Source of the DNA: Planctomycetota bacterium
Lineage (GTDB): Bacteria > Planctomycetota > UBA8108 > SXIK01
NCBI GenBank assembly: GCA_965223845.1
Contig: CBDCXR010000004.1
Span: 4,096,001-4,160,000 of the forward strand
DNA length: 64,000 nt
Reading direction: 5' to 3'
Position numbers and translations under genes: made by a program
Notes under the pieces: model-generated
Databases searched by the model: none
What the model was told of the DNA's origin: nothing
The model's input: only the letters and a program-made list of their open reading frames with translations
In this document: positions 9,499-18,654 of the stretch, piece after piece
Position numbering within the stretch: position 1 is the first letter of the stretch
Layout of the letters: the number at the start of each line of letters is the position of its first letter

Positions 9499-11052
9499 TC
9501 AAAACGACTCGAAGTCGTTCCGACCGCGCTTTTTCCACCGGTCGTACCAAGGCTGATTGTGCGGGAGCGGACGACCGTCGCGCGTCCAGCCGTCGCGTCG
9601 CCGCTCGGCGGGCATCGTGTCCTGCGTGTTCACCCGCCAGTTGTCGAGACGAATGCGAAGCGCGTGCAGCGCTGCCTCGTAGCCTGAGTCGCCGGCGACG
9701 TTCCGAAGCGAGCTCGGATCGCGCTGGAGATCGTAGAGTTCTTCGTACTCTCGCGGCTCGCGGAAGAGAAGCTCCTGAGCGGGGGTGAGCGTCCCGCGGC
9801 GTCGCTCTTCTAGAATCGCGCGCCACGTCGGCGAGTTCACGGAGTCGACACTGCTCCAGAGCGGTGCGTCCCAGTAGTAGTTTCGGATGAGGAGGAACCG
9901 CTCGGTTCTCACCGCACGCGTAAACTTCTCGAAGTCGTGCCAGTTCGCCTCGGCGAAGATCGCGGAGCGCGCCGGCGCTTCGAGACTCGTGAGAAGCGGA
10001 ACGAAGCTCCGGCCGTCCATGGTCTGCGCCTCGATGCCGGCGAGATCGAGAATCGTGGGCGCGATGTCGATCGTGCTCACGAGACCGTCCCGGATGCGTC
10101 CAGCCGGCGCGAGAGGCGGATATCGAATGATGAGCGGCGTTCGAATCCCAGAGTCGTAAAGCGTCGTTTTGGCGCGCGGAAACGGCATCCCGTTGTCGGA
10201 GAGGTACACGATGAACGTCTCGTCGAGGATCCCCTGCCGTTCGAGTTCCGCGAGAACGAGCCCCACATGTTCGTCGAAGCGGGTGATCTCTCCGTAGTAG
10301 TCCGCGATGTCGCGCCGGATCAGCGGGTGATCGGGGAGGAACGGAGGCACGACGACCGTCGACGGATCGTAGGGAGTGTCCACGGCATCTTCATCGAACG
10401 GTCGATGCGGATCGACCGACGCGACCCAAAAGAAGAACGGCCGATCCGCCGGTCGATCCCGCAGCAGCTCGACCGCGCGCGGGCCGGTGTCCCGCCCCCG
10501 GCATTCGACGACGCGATCCCAATGATCGCGCTCGGCGGCACCGAGGTGCCACTTGCCGACCGCGGCGGTGTGGTAGCCGTTGTCGTGGAGGTAGCGCGCG
10601 ACCGTGTGCTGGTCGCGAGGCAACGGAACGTGAAGATCTTCCGCGCCGGTTCGGTGCGGGTAGCGGCCGGTCAGTGTGCTCGAGCGACTAGGACTGCAAG
10701 AGGATGTCGCGAGAAAGGCGGAGCGAAACCGAACTCCACCGGCCGCGAGCCGATCGATGTTCGGAGTGCGGATTACCGGGTGGCCGTAGCAGCCGAGATC
10801 GCCCTCACCCTGGTCGTCCGCGATGAAGATGAGATAGTGGCGCGGCGACGGTCGATCGGGGACGGCGGTCTCGTCGGGCGATGGATCGACATCGTCGCTG
10901 ACGGAGTCGATCGCCGATCGCGCCGACGCGAGCGCACCAGCCGCGTGCTGAGCGGGCCCCCCGAGTTCCTCACCGGTCACCGGAGTCCCGCAACTCGTGA
11001 TGAGAATCACAAGAATGGGCAGACCACGACACAATGCGCGCGATGAGTTCAT
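9499..11052 (-). CDS. Sulfatase (N-sulfoglucosamine sulfohydrolase-like), probable lipoprotein
   Basis: IADD, formylglycine motif CSPSRSSTLTGR, GKWHL, DPHRP, SDNG; lipobox-like LITSC. Confidence 0.9.
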   Translation of the reverse strand: MNSSRALCRGLPILVILITSCGTPVTGEELGGPAQHAAGALASARSAIDSVSDDVDPSPDETAVPDRPSPRHYLIFIADDQGEGDLGCYGHPVIRTPNIDRLAAGGVRFRSAFLATSSCSPSRSSTLTGRYPHRTGAEDLHVPLPRDQHTVARYLHDNGYHTAAVGKWHLGAAERDHWDRVVECRGRDTGPRAVELLRDRPADRPFFFWVASVDPHRPFDEDAVDTPYDPSTVVVPPFLPDHPLIRRDIADYYGEITRFDEHVGLVLAELERQGILDETFIVYLSDNGMPFPRAKTTLYDSGIRTPLIIRYPPLAPAGRIRDGLVSTIDIAPTILDLAGIEAQTMDGRSFVPLLTSLEAPARSAIFAEANWHDFEKFTRAVRTERFLLIRNYYWDAPLWSSVDSVNSPTWRAILEERRRGTLTPAQELLFREPREYEELYDLQRDPSSLRNVAGDSGYEAALHALRIRLDNWRVNTQDTMPAERRRDGWTRDGRPLPHNQPWYDRWKKRGRNDFESF

Positions 11053-11271
11053 TCGAGAAACTCCAGGGCGAAATCGGATTCGGTCGGACAGCGCGACGTT
11101 AGGCTGACGGTCGTCGCCGGGTGCGTCAAGCGTGATTCCGCCGGGCGGTCGAGTCGACTCTGAGCGGCTGTGATCACCTTCGGATCCGCTGGCTCGCGCG
11201 CGCCGGATCTGATAGCGTTTCGGCTCTTCCCCCCGTCGTTTCTACTCCACCAGCGAGGTTCGAGCGCGGCC

Positions 11272-12417
11272 ATGAATCTCCCCTCGACATCGTCATTTCA
11301 CCAGTCCCGACGCAGCGCACTTCGCACTCTCGTCGGCGGCGCAGCCGCGATCACCGGCGGCCTCGAAGTCTACGGCGGCGCTCAACCGGCCGACGCGGCA
11401 GCACCCCGGCCAACATCGGCCCGGAAGCTCAAGCTCGGGTTCGACAACTTTTCCATCCGCGCGCTCGGGTGGAAGGCGCCGCGGCTTCTCGATTTCGCAG
11501 CCGAGAATGCGCTCGATGCGATCCTTCTCTCCGATCTCGAAGTGTTTGAGTCGCTCGAATCGAACGCGCTCCGCGAAATCAAAGCGCGCGCGGACGACCT
11601 CGGAATCGAGATTCAGGCAGGTACGGGCGGCATCTGTCCGACATCGACGCGCTACACGCGCTTCCGCGAGAAGTACGGAACGGCCGAGGAGCACCTGCGG
11701 CTCGCGATCCGCGTCGCGAAGGATGTCGGCTCTCCCGTCGCGCGATGCTATCTCGGCGCCGCCGACGATCGAAAGACGCCGGGCGGAATCGAGAAGCACA
11801 TCGAATCGACGATCGCAGTGTGCAAGAAAGTCAGAGGCGCCGCGCTCGACGCCCGCGTAAAGATCGCGATCGAGAACCACGCGGGCGATCTGCAGGCCTG
11901 GGAGCTGAAGCGCCTCATCGAAGAGGCGGGGTCCGAGTACGTCGGCGCGACCGTCGATTCCGGCAACGCGACGTGGACGCTCGAAGACCCCGTGCGAAAC
12001 CTCGAGACCCTCGGCCCTTACGCGGTGAGCAGCGGGATCCGGGACTCGATGGTCTGGGAATACGACGAAGGCGCGATGGTGCAGTGGACCGCGATCGGCG
12101 AGGGCTGCGTCGATCTCAAGGCGTACTTCGAACGCTTCGCGCAGCTCTGTCCGGACGCTCCGGTTCAGCTCGAGATCATCAGCGGGTTCGCGCGGGCATT
12201 TCCCTATCTTCGCCGCGATTTTTGGCCGCCCTACCGGGGCGCTCGACCCGACGAGTTCGCCGCGTTCCTTGCGCTCGCGAAGCGTGGTCGCCGCATCGAG
12301 CCGTTCCGCGTCCCGGAGAACACCGACCGGCAGGTGGCGACGCGCAAGTACCAACAGAGCGAGCTCGCGCGGAGCCTCCGGTACGCGAAGGATGTTCTCG
12401 GTCTCGGTCGTCGATAG
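11272..12417 (+). CDS. Tat-exported sugar phosphate isomerase/epimerase (xylose-isomerase-like TIM barrel)
   Basis: SRRSALRTL Tat-like leader; AIENH, DSGN, IGEGCVD and LE metal-site motifs. Confidence 0.8.
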   Translation: MNLPSTSSFHQSRRSALRTLVGGAAAITGGLEVYGGAQPADAAAPRPTSARKLKLGFDNFSIRALGWKAPRLLDFAAENALDAILLSDLEVFESLESNALREIKARADDLGIEIQAGTGGICPTSTRYTRFREKYGTAEEHLRLAIRVAKDVGSPVARCYLGAADDRKTPGGIEKHIESTIAVCKKVRGAALDARVKIAIENHAGDLQAWELKRLIEEAGSEYVGATVDSGNATWTLEDPVRNLETLGPYAVSSGIRDSMVWEYDEGAMVQWTAIGEGCVDLKAYFERFAQLCPDAPVQLEIISGFARAFPYLRRDFWPPYRGARPDEFAAFLALAKRGRRIEPFRVPENTDRQVATRKYQQSELARSLRYAKDVLGLGRR

Positions 12418-12544
12418 GCGCGGAAGCGTCCCCGACGACGACGATACCGAGCCGAGAATTCAGGCCGAAGGAAGCAGAGGAAACGAAGGGAGGGATCCGA
12501 TGTAGGTGCATCGGAACGACGCCCGAGCCCCGGAGATCGACACC

Positions 12545-14905
12545 ATGCCTCACCGTGACTTCGCCCCCGTTCACCGTCCGCGTCGCCGGAGCGCCGGTCG
12601 CTTCGTCCCTCTCACAATTCTGCTCCCGCTCGTCTCGGCCTTCGCCCCCGGCGCGGGAGCCGGTCGATTCGTGCGCGCTGAGGACGAGAACGCACTCCTC
12701 ACCCTCGAACGCATCTACGGTACGCGTGAGTTTTCGTCGCGGAGCGTGAACGCTCGCTGGCTCGCGGAGGGCGACGGCTACACGACCCTCGAGAAGGCGA
12801 CGGGTCCATCGGGGGGACGAGACATCGTGCGGCACGACGCCGAGACGGGCGAAAAGACGGTTCTCGTCTCCGCCGAAGAACTCGTTCCGACGGGAGCGAG
12901 TGCTCCGCTCGACGTCGAAGCGTACTCGTGGTCGAAGAGCGGCTCGCGCGTACTGATCTACACGAACTCGAAGCGAGTTTGGCGACGCAACACCCGGGGC
13001 GATTACTGGGTACTGGATCGTTCGAGCCGCGAGCTGAAGCAGCTCGGTGGGGATGCGAATCCATCGACGCTCATGTTCGCGAAGTTCTCTCCCGATGGCG
13101 ATCGAGTCGCGTACGTGAGAGAGAACGACATTTACGTTGAAGAGTTCCGTGAGGGGTCGATCCTCCGGCTGACGACGTCGGGGGCCGGGGGCCGGATCAA
13201 CGGGACGTTCGACTGGGTCTACGAGGAGGAGCTGGGACTCCGCGACGGGTTCCGCTGGAGTCCGGACGGCTCCGCGATTGCGTTTTGGGAAAGTGACCCG
13301 GACGGAGTGCGACGGTACCCACTGGTCAACACGACCGACGCGCTCTATCCCTCGATTCAGTGGATTCCGTATCCGAAAACGGGCGAAGTGAACTCCTCGG
13401 TGCGCGTCGGCGTCGCGGACGTGAGGACCGCGGATACGCGCTGGCTCGAGATCCCCGGCGATCCCCGCAACCACTACATCGCGCGCATGGATTGGGCCGG
13501 TCCCGACGAGATCATTCTCCAACAGCTCAATCGACTCCAGAACGCCAACCGCGTGTACCTCGCCCGGCGCGACTCCGGTTCGGCGCGCGAAGTGTTCGTC
13601 GATCGCGACGAATGCTGGGTCGAAGTCGTCGACGACGTGCACTGGATTCGCGGCGGCGCAGCGTTCACTTGGCTGAGCGAACGGGACGGTTGGCAGCACG
13701 TCTACACGGTGACGCGGAGGGCCGGCGAGGTCGAGCTGGTCACGCGAGGGGCCTACGACGTGATCCGCTTCGTCGGCGTCGACGAGGCGACCGAGTCGGT
13801 CTACTTTCTCGCCTCGCCGGACAATCCGACCCAGGCGTATCTCTATCGCGCCGGACTCGACGGAACGCCGGCGAAACGCATCACGCCGGTCGATCAATCC
13901 GGGACCCACCACTACGAGCTTTCGCCGAATGGACGCTGGGCGATTCACGTCCGCTCGTCGTTCGACGAGCCTCCGGTGACGGATCTCGTTCGCCTTCCAA
14001 GCCACGAGCGCGTCCGCACGCTCGAAGGGAACACCGAACTGCGTGAGAAACTCGACGCGCTGACGAAAACTCCCACCGAGTTGTTCCGAATCGAGATCCA
14101 GGACGGCGTCGAGCTCGACGCCTGGTGCATCCACCCGCCTGAATACCAACCGGAATCGCGTTACCCTCTGCTCGTCTACGTCTACGGTGAGCCGGCCGGC
14201 CAAACGGTCCTCGACCGGTGGTCGGGGAGCGGAATGCTGTGGCACCGCATGCTCGCCCAGCGTGGCTACGTCGTCGTGAGCATCGACAACCGCGGTACAC
14301 CGGCACCGCGCGGGCGCGCGTGGCGAAAGAGCGTGTACCGCCAGGTGGGGATTCTCGCTCCGAAAGATCAGGCGGCTGCGGTGCGAAAACTCCTCGCGAC
14401 GCGACCGTTCATCGATCCCGAGCGCGTCGCCGTCTGGGGATGGAGCGGCGGCGGCTCGATGACGCTGAACGCGATGTTCAAGTTTCCCGATCTCTACCGC
14501 GTCGGAATGTCAGTCGCTCCCGTTCCGAATCAGCGGTTCTACGACACGATCTATCAGGAGCGGTACATGGGCCTGCCGGCCGACAACGTGGATGGCTACC
14601 GCGAAGGATCTGCGATTCACTTCGCGCAGCACTTGGAGGGCGATCTGCTGCTCGTCCACGGGACCGGCGATGACAACTGCCACTACCAGGGTACCGAAGC
14701 CCTCGTGAACGAGCTGGTGCGGCACAATCGGCCGTTCACGATGATGGCGTATCCCAATCGACGGCACTCGATTCGAGAGGGCGTCAATACGACGATCCAT
14801 CTGCGCTCGCTGCTCACGCAGTTTCTGACGACGCATCTCTCGCCCGGCCCTCGCCCGAGCACCGCACGAGAAGACGCGAGCGACCACCGAGAAGCATCGC
14901 GCTGA
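12545..14905 (+). CDS. S9B dipeptidyl-peptidase IV-like serine peptidase
   Basis: DWVYEEE propeller motif, GWSGGG nucleophile, HGTGDDNCH, catalytic His in NRRHSI. Confidence 0.92.
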   Translation: MPHRDFAPVHRPRRRSAGRFVPLTILLPLVSAFAPGAGAGRFVRAEDENALLTLERIYGTREFSSRSVNARWLAEGDGYTTLEKATGPSGGRDIVRHDAETGEKTVLVSAEELVPTGASAPLDVEAYSWSKSGSRVLIYTNSKRVWRRNTRGDYWVLDRSSRELKQLGGDANPSTLMFAKFSPDGDRVAYVRENDIYVEEFREGSILRLTTSGAGGRINGTFDWVYEEELGLRDGFRWSPDGSAIAFWESDPDGVRRYPLVNTTDALYPSIQWIPYPKTGEVNSSVRVGVADVRTADTRWLEIPGDPRNHYIARMDWAGPDEIILQQLNRLQNANRVYLARRDSGSAREVFVDRDECWVEVVDDVHWIRGGAAFTWLSERDGWQHVYTVTRRAGEVELVTRGAYDVIRFVGVDEATESVYFLASPDNPTQAYLYRAGLDGTPAKRITPVDQSGTHHYELSPNGRWAIHVRSSFDEPPVTDLVRLPSHERVRTLEGNTELREKLDALTKTPTELFRIEIQDGVELDAWCIHPPEYQPESRYPLLVYVYGEPAGQTVLDRWSGSGMLWHRMLAQRGYVVVSIDNRGTPAPRGRAWRKSVYRQVGILAPKDQAAAVRKLLATRPFIDPERVAVWGWSGGGSMTLNAMFKFPDLYRVGMSVAPVPNQRFYDTIYQERYMGLPADNVDGYREGSAIHFAQHLEGDLLLVHGTGDDNCHYQGTEALVNELVRHNRPFTMMAYPNRRHSIREGVNTTIHLRSLLTQFLTTHLSPGPRPSTAREDASDHREASR

Positions 14906-15280
14906 ATCGATCCCACACACACTCTGGTGATCGCGGCTCGCGGCGGATCCGAGAAACTCCGCCATCCTCTGATAACTCGCGAATCGACGCGCTAAGCGGG
15001 AAGCGAGCCGAAGAAAGAACGGGGCCGAGTAACTCATCGATGCGCGGCCGCCTCTTCCGCGCGGATCACTCCGACGGAGGAAGGGTTCGCTCGTCGGATG
15101 TCCCCTCGTCCGCGGGCCGCGCGCGCATCGTTCCCGCAACACCAATCGTCCGCCGTTCTCACTCGATCTCGCCGAATCGGGATGACGTGAATCGAACGCC
15201 GGATTCTCCGCGACTCTGCTCCAAAGTGGGTCCGAATCCAATTCTCGCGCAGACTCCTCCGCCACGACGACATCGCAAGC

Positions 15281-18200
15281 ATGGGCGCCGATCCAATCGC
15301 CGTTCGACGTGACCTCCCGTCCCGAGTCCCGACGACCGAATCCGGCCAGATCGGGCAGATCGTCGTCGTCGCCACCGCGTCGTTCCTTGCGACACGTCTC
15401 TGTCTCTTCGTCGACTCGTCGACCGGCTACACGGCTTCGGCCTGGGGACCGGCGGGACTCGCGCTCGCCTGCGTCATTTCGCTCGGGCCTCGCGTCGCGA
15501 TCGGGGTTTGGTTCGGATCGCTGGTCGCGCTCGTCACGGGTGCGGACCTCGACTGGGCTCCGACGGGGATCCTCGCTCCGATCGTGTCGTCGGCCGTCTG
15601 GATCCAGATCCTCGTTTCGGAACGAGTCATCCGCTGGTGGACCGAGCGGCGCGAACGCCGGTCGCAGGACGATCTCGCTTCCGTCGTAGTTCTGGGTGGT
15701 CCCATCGGGGGATCACTCGCCCCCGCTCTCGGCACCGTCGGGCTCTGGTTCTTCGAGTGTCTCCCGCGCGAGGAAATCTTCGCGAGCGCGTCGGTCTGGT
15801 GGATCGGCAACGTCGTCGGGATCGCAGTGTTCGCGCCGGTATTTCTCTTGTGGGAGCGCCGTCCGCAGCGCGTCTCACGTGGACGGCGGATCGCAGTGAC
15901 GGCATGTCTCCTCGTCCTCTTTGCAACGGCCAAAGCCGCGTCGTACTTTGCCGAAGAGATCGACGATCGTCGCCTAGCCGTCGACTTCGACCGAAGTTCG
16001 GACGCGATCCTCAACTCAGCTCAGAAGGATCTCGAATGGTGCTCGGAGCTCGTCGATATCGTGCGCCGATTCTGCGAGACCTCGCGGCCGACGAGCGAAC
16101 AGTTCGCGGCGTTCGCCCGCAGCAAGGTCGGCGGCTGCGTACAGGCGCTCGAGTGGATTGCGCGCGTCGACGGATCCGAACGGGACGAGTTCGTCGCTGC
16201 CGTCCGAGTCGACGGACGGCCGGACTACGAAATCCGCGATCTGACGGAAAACCGCGAGCTCCTGCCGGCGGACGTACGCGACGAGTACTTCCCCGTACTC
16301 TTTGCCGTACCCGGCGCGGAGAACGCACGCGCGTTCGGTCTCGATCTCGCCTCCGACTCAACACGTCGGGCGGCTCTAGAGTCCGCGCGTGACTCGGGTC
16401 GCGCCGTCGCCACGGCGCGCATCACTCTCGTCGAGGAGCAGCGCGAGTCGGCGGGGGTCCTTCTCTTTCAACCGGCCTACCGCACCGCGTCCGTTCCCGA
16501 GACGGTCGAGGAGCGTCGCCGACACCTTCTCGGATTCGCCCTGGGCGTCCTTCGCGTGGACGACGTACTCGGCCCGACGCGACACCGTCTGGCGGCCGCG
16601 AACCTTTCCCTCGGAGTCCGCGACGTCACCGATGGGATCAACGTTCCGCTCCTCGAGATCGGCGAGGACCAGCTCGGCGACTCCGCCTCCCGCACGATTG
16701 CCGCCGCCCAGCGCGAGAGGACCGACACGATCTCGATCGGTGACCGCCGCTGGAGCTTTCGTTTTCGCACGACCCCAGCATTCTCGCGACACCGCGCGCG
16801 CGCGATCTTCCCCGTGGTTTCGGTCGTAGCCGTCATTCTCGTCATGTCGATCGCGTGGACTCTCCTCGCGAGTCTCAGCCGTGCGTGGGAGATGGAGCGG
16901 CTCATCGTTCAGCTGTCCTACGCGAACGCAGATCTCGAACGATCCGTAGAAAAACGCAAGCAAGCGGAGCGAAGCCTGAACGAAGCGAGGCTCGCCGCCG
17001 AGTACGCGAACGAGCTGAAGTCGACGTTCATCGCCAACGTGAGCCACGAGATTCGCACGCCTCTCACCGCGATCATCGGGTACTCGGACCTCCTTCTCGA
17101 AGCGCCCGAGTCATCGGACGCACCCTCGGGCGAGGCTCGAGACCACGTCAGTACGATTCGGAATACGGGAGAGTATCTTCTCACGCTGATCAACGACCTC
17201 CTCGATCTATCGAAGATCCGATCGGGTCACCTCGAGGTGACGCGCGAGCCGTGCTCGCCCATCCAACTCGTCGAGGAAGTCGTCGACCTCTTGCGCGTGC
17301 CGGCCGCGGAGAAGGGGCTCCAGATCATCGTCAAGTACCTCGATTCCGTCCCCGAGACCATCGAGACGGACCCGATCCGCTTCCGGCAGATCCTCACGAA
17401 TCTGATCGGCAACGCCGTCAAGTTTACGGACGAAGGCCGCGTCGAGGTGCGGGTCAGCATCTTGGAATCGCTGAGTGACTTCTTCTGCGTCGAAGTCCGC
17501 GACTCGGGAATCGGCATCGAGCCGGATGATCTCAACGCGCTGTTCGAACCGTTCTCGCAAGCTAACGGCGACGCGGCGCGCAAGTACGGCGGAACGGGAC
17601 TCGGCCTCTCGATTTCGAAAGAGCTCTCGATCCTGCTCGGGGGCGGCATCGTCTGCCAGAGTCAGCCGGGCTCCGGAAGCTCGTTCCTCGTGAGTATCGA
17701 TCCGGGTTCGATCAAAGGCGTTCGTCGCGTCGAAGATCCTGCGGCTGAATGGAGCCGCCGCCGCGCAACGGAACAGAGGACCGAGAGCTCCGTGCGAAAA
17801 GTGCTGGACGGAGCCCGCGTCCTCGTCGTCGACGACGTGGAGGCGAATCGACTCCTCGTCAGCCGAGTGCTCGAACGAGCGGGTGCCGCGACCGCTACCG
17901 CGGCGTCGGGCGAACAGGGCATCGAATCGACGCTGCGTGCCGACGAAGACGGAGAGCCGTTCGACCTCATCCTCATGGATATCCAGATGCCCGGTCTCGA
18001 TGGGTTCTCCGCCACGGAAGAGTTGCTTCGCCGCCGACCGGAGAGTCGGATCGTCGCGCTGACGGCGATGGGGTCGGCCGAGGCAGAGATCGAGTGTCTC
18101 CGCGCCGGCTGTGTCGGCTGCGTTCGCAAACCGTTCCACCACCGCGAACTGATCCAGACCGTAGTCGATTACGTGGACGGTCTGCCCGACTCGGCAGGAG

Positions 18201-18529
18201 AGCTCCAGTCCGCCGGCGGCCGCGTCGTGGGCGAAAACGACGGCGCTTCCGATAGCGCCGCGTTCGTCGACGATTTTCTCCAGTGGCTGCCGGAACAGCT
18301 CGATACGCTCCGCGGCGCGGTGGACACACTCGACCGAGCCGCGATCGAGCCGGTTGCGCATTCGCTCGTCGGGATCGCCGGAGTCGTCGGCTGCAGCGAC
18401 ATCCAAGTCGCGGCCGAGCACGCTCTCGAAGCCACGGTCAACGGCGACGACGAGTGTCTCAAACGCTGCATCGCGACCCTCATCGAGTGGTGCGACACGG
18501 CGCTCGCGTGTTACTCGAGCGAGACCTAG
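15281..18529 (+). CDS. Hybrid sensor histidine kinase (MASE1-CHASE-HisKA-HATPase-REC-HPt)
   Basis: TM-rich N-terminus; CHASE-like GLDLASDSTRRAALE; H-box SHEIRTPL; N/G boxes NAVKFT, DSGIG, GGTGLGL; REC LMDIQMP; HPt-like AHSLVG. Confidence 0.9.
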   Translation: MGADPIAVRRDLPSRVPTTESGQIGQIVVVATASFLATRLCLFVDSSTGYTASAWGPAGLALACVISLGPRVAIGVWFGSLVALVTGADLDWAPTGILAPIVSSAVWIQILVSERVIRWWTERRERRSQDDLASVVVLGGPIGGSLAPALGTVGLWFFECLPREEIFASASVWWIGNVVGIAVFAPVFLLWERRPQRVSRGRRIAVTACLLVLFATAKAASYFAEEIDDRRLAVDFDRSSDAILNSAQKDLEWCSELVDIVRRFCETSRPTSEQFAAFARSKVGGCVQALEWIARVDGSERDEFVAAVRVDGRPDYEIRDLTENRELLPADVRDEYFPVLFAVPGAENARAFGLDLASDSTRRAALESARDSGRAVATARITLVEEQRESAGVLLFQPAYRTASVPETVEERRRHLLGFALGVLRVDDVLGPTRHRLAAANLSLGVRDVTDGINVPLLEIGEDQLGDSASRTIAAAQRERTDTISIGDRRWSFRFRTTPAFSRHRARAIFPVVSVVAVILVMSIAWTLLASLSRAWEMERLIVQLSYANADLERSVEKRKQAERSLNEARLAAEYANELKSTFIANVSHEIRTPLTAIIGYSDLLLEAPESSDAPSGEARDHVSTIRNTGEYLLTLINDLLDLSKIRSGHLEVTREPCSPIQLVEEVVDLLRVPAAEKGLQIIVKYLDSVPETIETDPIRFRQILTNLIGNAVKFTDEGRVEVRVSILESLSDFFCVEVRDSGIGIEPDDLNALFEPFSQANGDAARKYGGTGLGLSISKELSILLGGGIVCQSQPGSGSSFLVSIDPGSIKGVRRVEDPAAEWSRRRATEQRTESSVRKVLDGARVLVVDDVEANRLLVSRVLERAGAATATAASGEQGIESTLRADEDGEPFDLILMDIQMPGLDGFSATEELLRRRPESRIVALTAMGSAEAEIECLRAGCVGCVRKPFHHRELIQTVVDYVDGLPDSAGELQSAGGRVVGENDGASDSAAFVDDFLQWLPEQLDTLRGAVDTLDRAAIEPVAHSLVGIAGVVGCSDIQVAAEHALEATVNGDDECLKRCIATLIEWCDTALACYSSET

Positions 18530-18654
18530 ATTCGTCCGGGCCGGCTCTCTACGTTCGACGAGCTCCCGATCGGATCGGACGAGTTCGACGAATCGCCGAC
18601 TCCTCGCCAGTTTGATGTCGGGAGACGATGGCGGTGCCGCCTAGCGCACCTTCG

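Noticed and set aside
14906-15280. Riboswitch or ncRNA in the gap before the histidine kinase
   Set aside because: Hairpins are possible (e.g. CCGACGGAG...CTCGTCGG), but I recognised no known family consensus; an Rfam scan is needed.
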